A stretch of 64,000 nt of DNA from an uncultured delta proteobacterium (GTDB lineage Bacteria > Myxococcota_A > UBA9160 > UBA4427). A program made the translations under genes and the position numbers. The first letter of the stretch is position 1. Every line of letters starts with the position of its first letter. Positions 9,145 to 18,700 of this stretch are shown here, piece by piece. The stretch spans positions 64,001 to 128,000 of the forward strand of contig CAWGJT010000008.1 in the NCBI GenBank assembly GCA_963822965.1. Direction: 5' to 3'. The notes under the pieces were generated by a model. That model made no database searches. It was not told where the DNA came from and saw only the letters and a list, made by a program, of their open reading frames with translations.

Positions 9145-10601
9145 CCGAGCATGGGCTGCTCTCGCTCAGCTACCCGGCTCGTCCCCGGGTGGTGCTGCGC
9201 TTGTTCGGCCAGCTCGCGGGCGTGCTCTCGCTGCTCTTCCTGGTTCCCGGCGTCGTGGCGGTGTTCTCGGGCGAGCGGTCGATGCTGGTGGCGGTCGCGA
9301 TCTCCGCCGCGCCGCCGGCCCTGGCGTGGGGGCTGCTGCGCCGGCTGCCGGTGCCGCGGGACCTGCAACACAACGAAGCCCTGGTCGTCCTGGCGCTCAC
9401 CTTCCTGGTGGCCGCGCTGCTGGGGTCGATTCCGCTCTCGGCCTCGGGGATCGAATGGCTGGACGCCTTCTTCGAGTCGATGTCCGGAATCACCACCACC
9501 GGTCTGTCGACCCTGCCGTCCGTGGAGGGTCGTTCTGCGACCTTCCTCTTCACCCGCGCGTGGCTGCAGTGGTGCGGCGGCCTGGGCATCGTGGTGCTCG
9601 GGGTCGCGCTCGTGCTCGGGCCGGGCGTGGTGGCGCGGCGGCTCGAGGCGGTCGGTGCCGAGCCGGAGGATGTGATCGGGAGCGCCCGCGAGAACGCGCG
9701 CATCATCCTTCGGATCTACCTGGCGCTCACGGCCGTCGTCTTCGCGCTCCTGTGCGTCACGGGTCTGGCTCCGTTCGACGCGCTCCTGTACACGCTCGCG
9801 GCGGTGTCGACGGGCGGATTCGCGCCTCACGACGCCAGCCTGGCGGCGCTCGGAGGCTGGCTCCAGCCCTCAATGGTGATCCTGGGCTGCCTGGCCGGCT
9901 CGGTGACCCTCGTCCTGTATCAACGCGCCCTGCGCGGCGAACCGGCCGCCCTGCTGCGGGACGTCGAGCTCCAGGCGCTGCTGGCGCTGGGGGTTGCGTC
10001 GAGCCTGCTGATCTTCGGCTTCTCCGCGCACGCCGCCGGCGGGGTCGGGCTCGGGGCGCTCCATTCCGGCTTGCTGGCCTTCTCGGCGCAGACCACGGCC
10101 GGCTTCTCGCCGGTCTCGATCGGCTCGGTGGACGACGCCTCGAAGCTCGTGCTGATCCTGTCCATGGCCATCGGTGCCAGCACGGGATCGACCGCCGGGG
10201 GCTTCAAGCTGATGCGGCTGCTCGTGGTGATCCAGGTGACCCGCTGGGCCCTGGCGCGCGTTCACCTGCCGAGGCGGGCGGTCGCACCCATGCGGCTCGG
10301 GGGGGCGCGCCTGAGCGACGGTGACATCCGGCGGGCGGTCGCGCTCCTCGGTCTCTTCACCGTCTCAGCCGCGGTATCGTGGCTGGCGTTCCTCGTGTAC
10401 GGGCTGCCCGCCCTGGACTCGCTCTTCGACGTGGCCTCCGCGCTCGGCACGGTGGGCCTCTCGACGGGAGTGACCGGCCCCGGGCTTCCGCCCGCGCTGA
10501 AGCTGTTGCTCTGTGCGGACATGCTGCTCGGCCGGCTCGAGGTGCTGGCGCTGCTCGTGCTGGTGTCACCGCGCACCTGGCTCGGCAGACGGAGGGGTTG
10601 A
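9141..10601 (+). CDS. trkH: TrkH-family potassium uptake membrane protein
   Basis: FFESMSGITTTGLS, LQWCGGLGIVV, AVSTGGF, SAQTTAGFS, GSTAGGFK, SALGTVGLSTG, MLLGRLE; ATGA overlap with the upstream gene. Confidence 0.92.
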   Translation: MTEHGLLSLSYPARPRVVLRLFGQLAGVLSLLFLVPGVVAVFSGERSMLVAVAISAAPPALAWGLLRRLPVPRDLQHNEALVVLALTFLVAALLGSIPLSASGIEWLDAFFESMSGITTTGLSTLPSVEGRSATFLFTRAWLQWCGGLGIVVLGVALVLGPGVVARRLEAVGAEPEDVIGSARENARIILRIYLALTAVVFALLCVTGLAPFDALLYTLAAVSTGGFAPHDASLAALGGWLQPSMVILGCLAGSVTLVLYQRALRGEPAALLRDVELQALLALGVASSLLIFGFSAHAAGGVGLGALHSGLLAFSAQTTAGFSPVSIGSVDDASKLVLILSMAIGASTGSTAGGFKLMRLLVVIQVTRWALARVHLPRRAVAPMRLGGARLSDGDIRRAVALLGLFTVSAAVSWLAFLVYGLPALDSLFDVASALGTVGLSTGVTGPGLPPALKLLLCADMLLGRLEVLALLVLVSPRTWLGRRRG

Positions 10602-10603
10602 GG

Positions 10604-11263
10604 ATGAGGACGATCTTCCTGGGAGCCGGCTCCATGAGCCTGCGCACGGCCAAGACGATGGTGGAGCGCAATCACGAGGTGGTCATCATCGAGCGCTCGC
10701 AGGAGGTCGTCGCCCGGGTGCAGGAAGAGCTCGACTGCGGCTGTCTGCTCGGCGACGGCACGCGCCCGCGCGTGCTGCGCGAGGCCGATCCCGCCCACGC
10801 GGACGTGCTCTTCTGCCTGACGGGCAACGACCAGACCAATCTGATCGCGAGCCTGGTGGGCCGCTCCCTGGGCTTCCAGCGCGTCATCACGCGCATCAAC
10901 GACGAGGAGTTCGAGCACGTCTGCCTCGAGCTCGGCCTGCAGGACCTGGTGCTGCCGACCCGTACCATCGGTCGCTACCTGGCCCACATGGCCGAAGGCC
11001 ACGAGGTGCTCGACCTGTCGGCCGCGATCCGCGGGGAGGCCCGCATCTTCATGTTCGTGGCCGGCGACGCCGAGAACGACGTCGCCCTCGAAGCCCTGGC
11101 GCTGCCGCCGGGTAGCCGCGTCGCCCTGCTCTACCGGGACGGCGAGTTCCAGCCCGCGGATCCGGCCTTCGAGCTGCGCCGGGGAGACGAGCTCGTCCTC
11201 GTGGCGCCCCGTCGCGACCTCGAAAAGCTGCGGGAGCGCTGGGGCGGTCCCCCGCAGTCCTAG
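10604..11263 (+). CDS. trkA: TrkA-family potassium uptake regulatory subunit (RCK-N + RCK-C)
   Basis: IFLGAG Rossmann-like start, HEVVIIE, GDGT, LTGNDQTNLIASL, and a C-terminal RCK-C domain. Confidence 0.9.
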   Translation: MRTIFLGAGSMSLRTAKTMVERNHEVVIIERSQEVVARVQEELDCGCLLGDGTRPRVLREADPAHADVLFCLTGNDQTNLIASLVGRSLGFQRVITRINDEEFEHVCLELGLQDLVLPTRTIGRYLAHMAEGHEVLDLSAAIRGEARIFMFVAGDAENDVALEALALPPGSRVALLYRDGEFQPADPAFELRRGDELVLVAPRRDLEKLRERWGGPPQS

Positions 11264-11479
11264 GGCGCCGCCCTTCGAACGCAGGCCTTCGGGTCTCCGG
11301 GATGCACCTCTTCGACCCAGCTCGGACCCGCTCGCTCTACGGCGCCCCAGGGCCGGGCGTGGAATCCCGCAGCGAGGCAGCCCCGCTTCCGGAGGAGCGT
11401 GATAGGATCCCCGGCGCGCGCCCCCGGGTGAGAGCGGCTCGCAGACGGCAAGACGACCAGAAGACGAGGGGATTGGACG

Positions 11480-12154
11480 ATGAGGCAAAGCTCGATGGCA
11501 GGATCCCGTGTCATCGCGATCCTTGGAACGGCCCTGCTGGCGACGAGCGTCGCCGCTGTCGCATTCGCCAAGGACGATGCGAACCCGAAGGGGCGCGAGG
11601 TCTATCAGCAGATCTGCGCGAGCTGCCACGGCCCGTACGGACGCGGCGACGGGCCCATGGCCCCGGATCTCGTGGCGAAGCCGCCCGACTTCACGCGGCC
11701 CGAGCTGCTCGCCGGCCGCACCGACGCCGAAGTGCTGGCGAGCCTCACCAAGGGTCAGCACACCCCCATGGCGATCGCGCAGGTGATCAAGCCCGAGTCC
11801 ATGCGCGATGCGATCGCCTACATGCGCACCCTCTCGGTGCCCGGAAAGCACGTGAGCGTATTGGCGGGCAAGGACATCTACGACAGCTTCTGCTGGTTCT
11901 GCCACGGGATGAAGGGCGACGGCAAGGGGCCGGTCGCCAAGAACGTCCAGGGCACGAAGCCGAGAGACTTCACCAGCAAGAAATTCGTGATCGACGGTCG
12001 CGAGGGAGAGATCTTCCAGACCATCACGATGGGCGCCGCCGCGTCCTTCCACGGCAACGCGACGATGCTCGAATGGGGCAACAAGCTCACCGACCAGCAG
12101 CGACGCGACGTGATCGAGTACATCAAGGTGCTGAAGGCCGCCGGCAGCAAGTAG
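11480..12154 (+). CDS. Periplasmic diheme c-type cytochrome
   Basis: Signal peptide (AVAFA); CASCHG...GRGDGP and CWFCHG...GDGKGP heme motifs, each followed by PxDFT. Confidence 0.9.
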   Translation: MRQSSMAGSRVIAILGTALLATSVAAVAFAKDDANPKGREVYQQICASCHGPYGRGDGPMAPDLVAKPPDFTRPELLAGRTDAEVLASLTKGQHTPMAIAQVIKPESMRDAIAYMRTLSVPGKHVSVLAGKDIYDSFCWFCHGMKGDGKGPVAKNVQGTKPRDFTSKKFVIDGREGEIFQTITMGAAASFHGNATMLEWGNKLTDQQRRDVIEYIKVLKAAGSK

Positions 12155-12223
12155 TCCCTGGAAGCCCCGCAGCGGGCCACGTGCGCGTAGCCACCCTCGA
12201 ACCGCCCGTGATAGCCTGATCGC

Positions 12224-13906
12224 ATGACGAGTGCTCCCGTTCCGGCCGCCGCCGCCCGGGAACGCCCAGGTTCGGGGGGCGCCTGGCTCTACGGGCCGAC
12301 GATCGATCTGCTGATCGGCGCCGGTGCCGGCTATCTGCTCTCCGTCCCGCTGTTCCTCTGGATCGGGCGGGAGTGGGCCGTCACGGGCTGGCCGGTGATC
12401 GTGGGAGCGGGCTTCGCGCTGTTCCTCGCGGGCCCCCACTATGGCGCGACGCTGCTGCGCGTCTACGAGCAGCGAGACGACCGGCGGAAATACGCGATCT
12501 TCTCGCTGGGGGCGACGATCGTCCTGGCCGCGCTCTTCGGGGTGGCTCTCCACCACGTCTTCGTGGGCTCGCTCCTGGTCACCGCCTATGCGAGCTGGAG
12601 CCCCTGGCACTTCTCGGGTCAGAACTACGGCCTGGCTCTCCTGTTCCTGCGCCGTCGGGGCGTCGCCATCGATGCCTTCACCCGGCGATGCCTCCACGCG
12701 TCCTTCTTCCTCTCCTTCGTCCTGTCCCTGCTGGTCATGCACGGAACCGCATCGACGCTCACGTTCTCGTCCGTGCCGGTCTCGAGCGCATCCGTCTTCC
12801 GCTTCCTCTCGCTGGGTATCTCGCGGGACGTATTGGACGTCGCCGTGCCGCTCGTCGCGGCAGGCTATGCGTGCACTCTCGCCGCCACGGCCTTCTCGCT
12901 CCTGCGCCGCGCCCGTCCCGCCGAGCTGCTCCCTTCCGCCTGTCTCGTTCTCACCCAATCGCTGTGGTTCGCGGTGCCGGCCGCATTGCCGCTGCTGACC
13001 GATGCGCCGCTGCAGGGGCTGGCCTTTGCGGTCGTGTGGATTTCCGCCGCGCACAGCGCGCAGTATCTGTGGGTGACCTCCTACTACGACCGGCAACAGC
13101 GTCAGAGCCGAGGGGATGGCACGCGGCGTCCCGCCGGCTACTGGCTGCATGCGCTGCTGGCGGGGACGGCCGTCACCACGCTGCCCGCTCTCGTGTTCGC
13201 ACCGCGCTTGCTGGGCAGCGTTCCCTGGGACTCGGGGCTCGCGATCCTCGTCTTCTCGGTGGTGAACCTGCACCACTTCGTTCTCGACGGAGCGATCTGG
13301 AAGCTGCGGGATGGACGCGTCGCGCGATTCCTCCTGCGGGAGCAGCCGTCGGTGCGCGGCGCCCAGCCGGCGTCGCCGCGACGGCCGCCCTGGGGTCGCG
13401 CGGTCGTGGCTCTTCTCGGCGCCGTCTCACTCGTGGTCGCGTCGCTCGACGTCTTCGAACGTGAAATCGTGATCAACCGCGCGGGGGGCGACGTCGATCG
13501 CGTCGTTCGCTCGGCTCGGCGACTGGCGTGGATCGGTCGCGACGCGCCCGGCCTGCACGAGCAGATCGCCCGCGCTCGACTCCGCCAGAATCGTCCCGAG
13601 GACGCCATCGCCGAGTATCGGCGGAGCCTGGCCCTGCAACCGACGAGCTCCGCGTGGCTCGGGCTGGGTGTCGTGCATGCGAGCCAGGCCGATTGGGCTG
13701 CAGCCGGTCGGGCATTCGACGCCGCACTCGCGCTGGATCCCGATGACACTCGTGCACTGACCCAGCGGGGTCGGGTATGGCTCGAGCTGGGTCGTCCAGA
13801 TCTGGCGCGTCGTGACCTCGAACGCGCCAAGCTCCTCGATCCCCTCGACGCCGAGATCCGCCGGGTGCTGCGACGGGTGGATGACGCCATGCCGGACGGT
13901 TCCTGA
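12224..13906 (+). CDS. Polytopic membrane protein with His motifs and C-terminal TPR repeats
   Basis: About 10 hydrophobic segments; HYGAT, WHFSGQNYG, HSAQY, HHFVLDGAIWK; TPRs (DAIAEYRRSLAL, AFDAALALDPDD). Confidence 0.75.
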   Translation: MTSAPVPAAAARERPGSGGAWLYGPTIDLLIGAGAGYLLSVPLFLWIGREWAVTGWPVIVGAGFALFLAGPHYGATLLRVYEQRDDRRKYAIFSLGATIVLAALFGVALHHVFVGSLLVTAYASWSPWHFSGQNYGLALLFLRRRGVAIDAFTRRCLHASFFLSFVLSLLVMHGTASTLTFSSVPVSSASVFRFLSLGISRDVLDVAVPLVAAGYACTLAATAFSLLRRARPAELLPSACLVLTQSLWFAVPAALPLLTDAPLQGLAFAVVWISAAHSAQYLWVTSYYDRQQRQSRGDGTRRPAGYWLHALLAGTAVTTLPALVFAPRLLGSVPWDSGLAILVFSVVNLHHFVLDGAIWKLRDGRVARFLLREQPSVRGAQPASPRRPPWGRAVVALLGAVSLVVASLDVFEREIVINRAGGDVDRVVRSARRLAWIGRDAPGLHEQIARARLRQNRPEDAIAEYRRSLALQPTSSAWLGLGVVHASQADWAAAGRAFDAALALDPDDTRALTQRGRVWLELGRPDLARRDLERAKLLDPLDAEIRRVLRRVDDAMPDGS

Positions 13907-14069
13907 GCGAGGGGTCGCAGCTCCACGTTCCCCCGGCGACATCGAGCCTGCCTGCCGACGCTTGCGTGTTACCCTGGGCGGGCGGGTGAGCGGGGGATCT
14001 CGTGTGTCCGGAGATCCCAACCGACCCAGGGCCCCTCGAAACGCTCCGATGGGCTCCCCCGGAAGGGTC

Positions 14070-14450
14070 ATGATTACACACGAGTTCGATCGCGATCGTC
14101 TGGTGGTACGCGCGCTCCTCCGGGGAGAAGTGTCGGACGCAGAGGCGGTGGGCTGGTTCGAAGCCCTCGTCGGCGAGCTGCAGGGTCTGCGCGCGGTGCG
14201 GGGCCTCGTCGACACCCGGCCGCTGGAGGAGCTCTCGGTGACACGGGCCGGCATCAACCGGCTGATCACCCTCGCCGACGAGAACGACGACATCTTCGCC
14301 GTCAGCCGGTGGGCCGTCGTGGCCGATCGCGACGCCGTCTATGGGATGGCGCGCGTGTACGAGCTGCTGCGCGATCGGGCTTCGTACGAGGTCCGGGTCT
14401 TCCGGTCCCTGGAAGACGGCACGGCGTGGGTGCTCGACCCCGGCGTCTGA
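14070..14450 (+). CDS. Small STAS/SpoIIAA-like hypothetical protein
   Basis: LVDTR...WAVVA...YGMARVY...VRVFRSLEDGTAWV pattern typical of SpoIIAA-like proteins. Confidence 0.65.
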   Translation: MITHEFDRDRLVVRALLRGEVSDAEAVGWFEALVGELQGLRAVRGLVDTRPLEELSVTRAGINRLITLADENDDIFAVSRWAVVADRDAVYGMARVYELLRDRASYEVRVFRSLEDGTAWVLDPGV

Positions 14451-14460
14451 GCGCCCCGGG

Positions 14461-14736
14461 TCAGCGACGCTTCATGAACATCCGGTCGACGTCGACCCGA
14501 GGCGGCAGGGTCTGCCACTCGGGGTCGAGGGCCGGTCTCTCCAGGCGGCGCACCCGCGTCCCGGCCTCGGCCCGGGCGTCGGCAGCCACCCACGCCCGGC
14601 TTGCGCCCTCCACGCCCACCGGGGCCAGGGCCGCGAGCAGCCCGGCCAGGGTCGCCGCCGCCACCGCCCCCCACCAGCGCCCGAGCGGCTCCGCGGGCAG
14701 ACCGAACGTTCGCGGCACGTATCCATCGACCTTCAT
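14461..14736 (-). CDS. Small hypothetical protein with one hydrophobic segment, divergent from LysR
   Basis: RBS GGAGGG; MKVDGY...WWGAVAAATLAGLLAALAPV...DPEWQTLPPRVDVDRMFMKRR. Confidence 0.5.
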   Translation of the reverse strand: MKVDGYVPRTFGLPAEPLGRWWGAVAAATLAGLLAALAPVGVEGASRAWVAADARAEAGTRVRRLERPALDPEWQTLPPRVDVDRMFMKRR

Positions 14737-14805
14737 CTCGAACCCTCCCCGGGCGCAGCGGGAGAATCGGATCGTCATAGAAGAATCACCAGATAAGAAG
14801 ATTCA

Positions 14806-14831
14806 ATACAGCTATTCTCATATGAATGTAT
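14806..14831. promoter_or_regulatory. AT-rich LysR-type divergent control region
   Basis: ATACA...TGTAT flanking ATTC-N6-GAAT inverted elements; TATTCT lies 7 nt before the LysR ATG. Confidence 0.5.
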
Positions 14832-15740
14832 GATCGGGTCCTCGACCGCATCGACTGGGGCTGGCTGCGGGATTTCGCGGTGGTGGCAGAGGAGGGGAGC
14901 CTGAGCGCCGCCAGCCGCCGGCTCGGCATCAGCCAGCCCACCCTCACCCGCAGGATGAGCGCCCTCGAGGAGCGGCTCGGCTCGGAGGTCCTGCGCCGCG
15001 GCTCGCGCGGCGTCGAGCTCACCGAGGTGGGCGAGGCCATCCTTCCGGCCGTCCGTCGCATGCGCGAGGAGGTGCGGGACGTCGACCGCACCGCCACGGG
15101 TCGCGACGCGGCGCTCTCGGGCACGGTGCGCGTGAGCGCCACCGAGGGCATCGCGAACCACTGGTGTACCCCGGTGCTGCGGGACTTCCAGCTCGCGCAT
15201 CCCGAGATCCGCATCGAGATGGACGTCCGCAACCGCAACGCGAACCTGCTGCGGCGCGAGGCCGACGTGGCCGTCCGGATGGGTCGACCGCGCCAGCCGG
15301 AGCTGGTGGCCCGTCGGGTCGGCGCCATCGGGCTGGGCCTGTTCGCGTCTTCGGCCTACCTGGAGCGGGCTGGTCGCCCCCGTTCCGCGGACGACCTGGT
15401 GGACCACGCGTGCGTCGCGTTCGACGAGTCGATGATCGATACGGCGACCGGTCGCTGGTTCGAGGAAGTGGTCGCCGGCGGCCGCATCGTGTTCCGGGCG
15501 ACCAGCCTGCTGACCCAGCTCGAGGCGGTCCGCAGCGGCTGGGGAATCGGCGTCGCCTCGATCTTCATCGGCCGGTCGTTTCCCGATCTCGAACGGGTGG
15601 TGGATCCGGTGGGCCTGTCCATCGACGTCTGGCTCGTGACCCATCCCGGCCTGCGGCGGAGCGCTCGCATCCGGGCCGTCTTCGACTTCCTCAAGGAGCG
15701 CTTCGAGGTGGACGGGGAGCGTCTCGCCGGCCGCGCCTGA
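14826..15740 (+). CDS. LysR-family transcriptional regulator
   Basis: FAVVAEEGSLSAASRRLGISQPTLTRRMSALEERLG HTH; NLLRREADVAVR substrate-binding domain. Confidence 0.95.
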   Translation: MYDRVLDRIDWGWLRDFAVVAEEGSLSAASRRLGISQPTLTRRMSALEERLGSEVLRRGSRGVELTEVGEAILPAVRRMREEVRDVDRTATGRDAALSGTVRVSATEGIANHWCTPVLRDFQLAHPEIRIEMDVRNRNANLLRREADVAVRMGRPRQPELVARRVGAIGLGLFASSAYLERAGRPRSADDLVDHACVAFDESMIDTATGRWFEEVVAGGRIVFRATSLLTQLEAVRSGWGIGVASIFIGRSFPDLERVVDPVGLSIDVWLVTHPGLRRSARIRAVFDFLKERFEVDGERLAGRA

Positions 15741-15754
15741 CGGGTGCTCGCCCC

Positions 15755-18700
15755 TCAGCCACCGGGCTTCGCGCCCAGCTGCAGCAGCAGGTCGTGGCAG
15801 CGGTCGAAGAGGGCCGCCGCAGCCGCGCCGGCCGGGGGCGCGGGGGCGTGGATCCGGTGGTCGGGGGTGACCCGGACGTTCGCGCCCGCCTTGGTGAGAA
15901 GCTGGACCAGGCGTTGCGGATCGATGTTCGCGGACTCGGACACCGTCAGTACGATCTCGCCGCGGCCCGCCGAGACCGCCAGCACCCCGAGCTCCCGGGC
16001 CATGATCTTGAGCCGGATGACCTCGAGGAGATTCTCCGCTTCCAGAGGCAGCGAGCCGTAGCGGTCGAGGATCTCGTCCCGCACCCCGGCGAGCTCGCCT
16101 TCGTCCCGGGAGCTCGCGAGCCGCTTGTAGAGCACGAGCCGCTGGCTCACGTCGGACACGTAGGCTTCCGGCAGCCGCGCCACCACCGGCAGCCGGATCT
16201 CCGGCTCGATCGCGGCCTTGACGATGTTGCCCCGCAGCTCCTCGATCGTCTCCTCGAGCAGCTCCATGTAGGTCTCGTAGCCGACGCTGCGCAGGTTGCC
16301 GGACTGCTCCGCGCCCAGCAGGTTGCCCGCGCCGCGGATTTCGAGGTCCATGTTGGCCAGCCGGAACCCGCTGCCGAGCTCGGAGAGATCCTGGATGGCC
16401 TCCAGGCGCTTGCGGGCGTCGTCGCTGAGCGCTCCCGTCGAAGCGGGCACCAGCAGGTACGCGTAGGCGCGGTGGCTGCTGCGTCCCACGCGACCGCGGA
16501 GCTGGTAGAGCTGCGCGAGTCCGAGCGCGTCGGCGCGGTTGATGACGATGGTGTTGGCGCGCGGGATGTCGAGGCCGCTCTCGATGATGGTCGTGCACAG
16601 CAGCACGTCCGCCTCGCCGCGCTGGAAGGCGAGCATCTTCGCTTCCAGCTCGCGCTCGCCCATCTGGCCGTGGGCGACGATCGCCTTCACCTCGGGAACC
16701 ACCCGCTCGAGCATCTCGGCGACGGCCCCGATGGTGCGCACGCGGTTGTGCATGAAGTAGACCTGTCCGCCGCGCCGCACCTCGCGCAGGATCGCCTCGC
16801 GGATGAGCGTCTCGTCGAACCGCGCCACCTGGGTGCGCACTGCGAGTCGATCGACCGGCGCCGTGTTGATGAGGGACAGGTCGCGGATGCCGGTGAAGGA
16901 GAGCTGCAGGGTGCGCGGGATGGGGGTCGCCGTCAGGGTCAACACGTCGACCGTCTTCTTGAGCTTCTTGATGCGCTCCTTGTGGGCGACGCCGAAGCGG
17001 TGCTCCTCGTCGATCACCAGCAGGCCGAGGTCGCGGAAGCGCACGTTCTTCTGCAGCAGCCGGTGGGTGCCGATCGCGACGTCGATGCGTCCCGAAGCCA
17101 GGCCCTCCTCGACGGCCCGGGCCTCTCGCGCCGTGCGGAAGCGCGACAGGGACTCGATCTCGACGGGGTAGCCCCGCAGCCGCTCGGCGAACGTGGCCGC
17201 ATGCTGCTGACACAGGATCGTGGTGGGCACCAGCACGGCCACCTGCTTGCCGTCCATCACGGCCCGGAACGCGGCGCGCACGGCCACCTCCGTCTTGCCG
17301 TAGCCGACGTCTCCGCACACCAGGCGATCCATGGGCTTCGGCTTCAGCATGTCGGCCAGCACGTCCTCGATGGCGTCGGCCTGGTCCGGGGTCTCCTCGA
17401 ACGGGAAGGTCGCCTCGAACTCCTCGAAGTAGGCGTCCCGCGGCGAGAACGCGAACCCCGGCGCCAGCTCCCGCGCCGCGTGGAGCGAGAGCAGCTCCGA
17501 GGCCATGATCTGCAGCGACTTCTTGACCTTGCGCTTGGTCTTCTCCCAGGTGTCCCCGCCCAGTCGGTCGATGCGGGGCTGGGCGCCGTCGGCGTCGCCG
17601 TAGCGCTGCACCAGGTTCAGCCGGTCGACGGGCAGGAAGAGCCGGTCGCCGCCCTCGTACTCGATGCACAGCAGCTCGGCGGCGAGCCCGCCCACGGAGA
17701 GCTCGACGAGGCCGCGGTAGGCGCCGATGCCGTGGTCGACGTGCACGAGGTAGTCACCCACCGACAGCGCGCCGAGCCCCTCGACGGCGGTGCCGTCGCG
17801 CCAGCTCGCGCTGCGCCGCTTCTTCTCGCGGCGGCCGAAGATCTCCTCCTCGGTGAGCACCGTGAGCCGTTCCGCGGGCACGTCGAAGCCCGACGACAGC
17901 GGAGCCACCCGGATCTCGATGCGCCCGGGCGCCGCCCAGCGCGAGACCGGGCGCGGATCGCTGGCCGTGCGCGACTCGAGGCCGTACTCACCGAGCAACG
18001 CCTGCAGCCGCTCCGCGGAGGAGAGCGACGTGCAGAGGATGGCGACGCGGAAGCGCTCGCTGCAACGATCGACGAGGTAGTCGGCCAGGGGACGCAGGGC
18101 CCGGTCGTGGGTGCGGGTCTGGATCAGCTCCCGGCGCAGATCGTCGTGGGCGGTGGTCTGGACGTGCAGCCTGACGGGTGCATGGGCGCCTCGCGGCTGC
18201 TCGTGGATGACGTCGAGCCGCTCGAGGCTCACGGGGCTCCGGCTCGCCAGGGCGGTCTCGAAGCTCGCCGGATCGAGCAGCAGCGTACCAGGCTCCACGA
18301 CGGGTCGCCCGGCCTCGCGTGCGGCCAGGCAGTTGTGGGTGGCCTCCTCGAAGTAGTGGGCGAGCCGGCTGCGGCCGCCTTCGGGGTCGTCCAGCACCAC
18401 CAGCGTGTCGTCCGGCAGGAAGTCGAACGCGGTCTCCTGGGCGGGCTGCAGCAGCGGAGCCAGCGCCTCCGCGCCCGGCGGTACGTGGCCGCGCAGCAGC
18501 GAGTCGATCCACTCGTCGATGGTGCGCGCCGGCACCGCGGTGCTTCGCCCGAGCGCGCGGATCTCCTCCGACCGCCGCATCACCAGGTCGCGGTCGAAGA
18601 GCAGCTCTCGCGGCGGCGGAGCCACCGCGCTGCCGAGCTTGTCCTGGGATCGCTGGCTGGCGGCGTCGAACTCGCGGATCGACTCGATCTCGTCGCCGAA

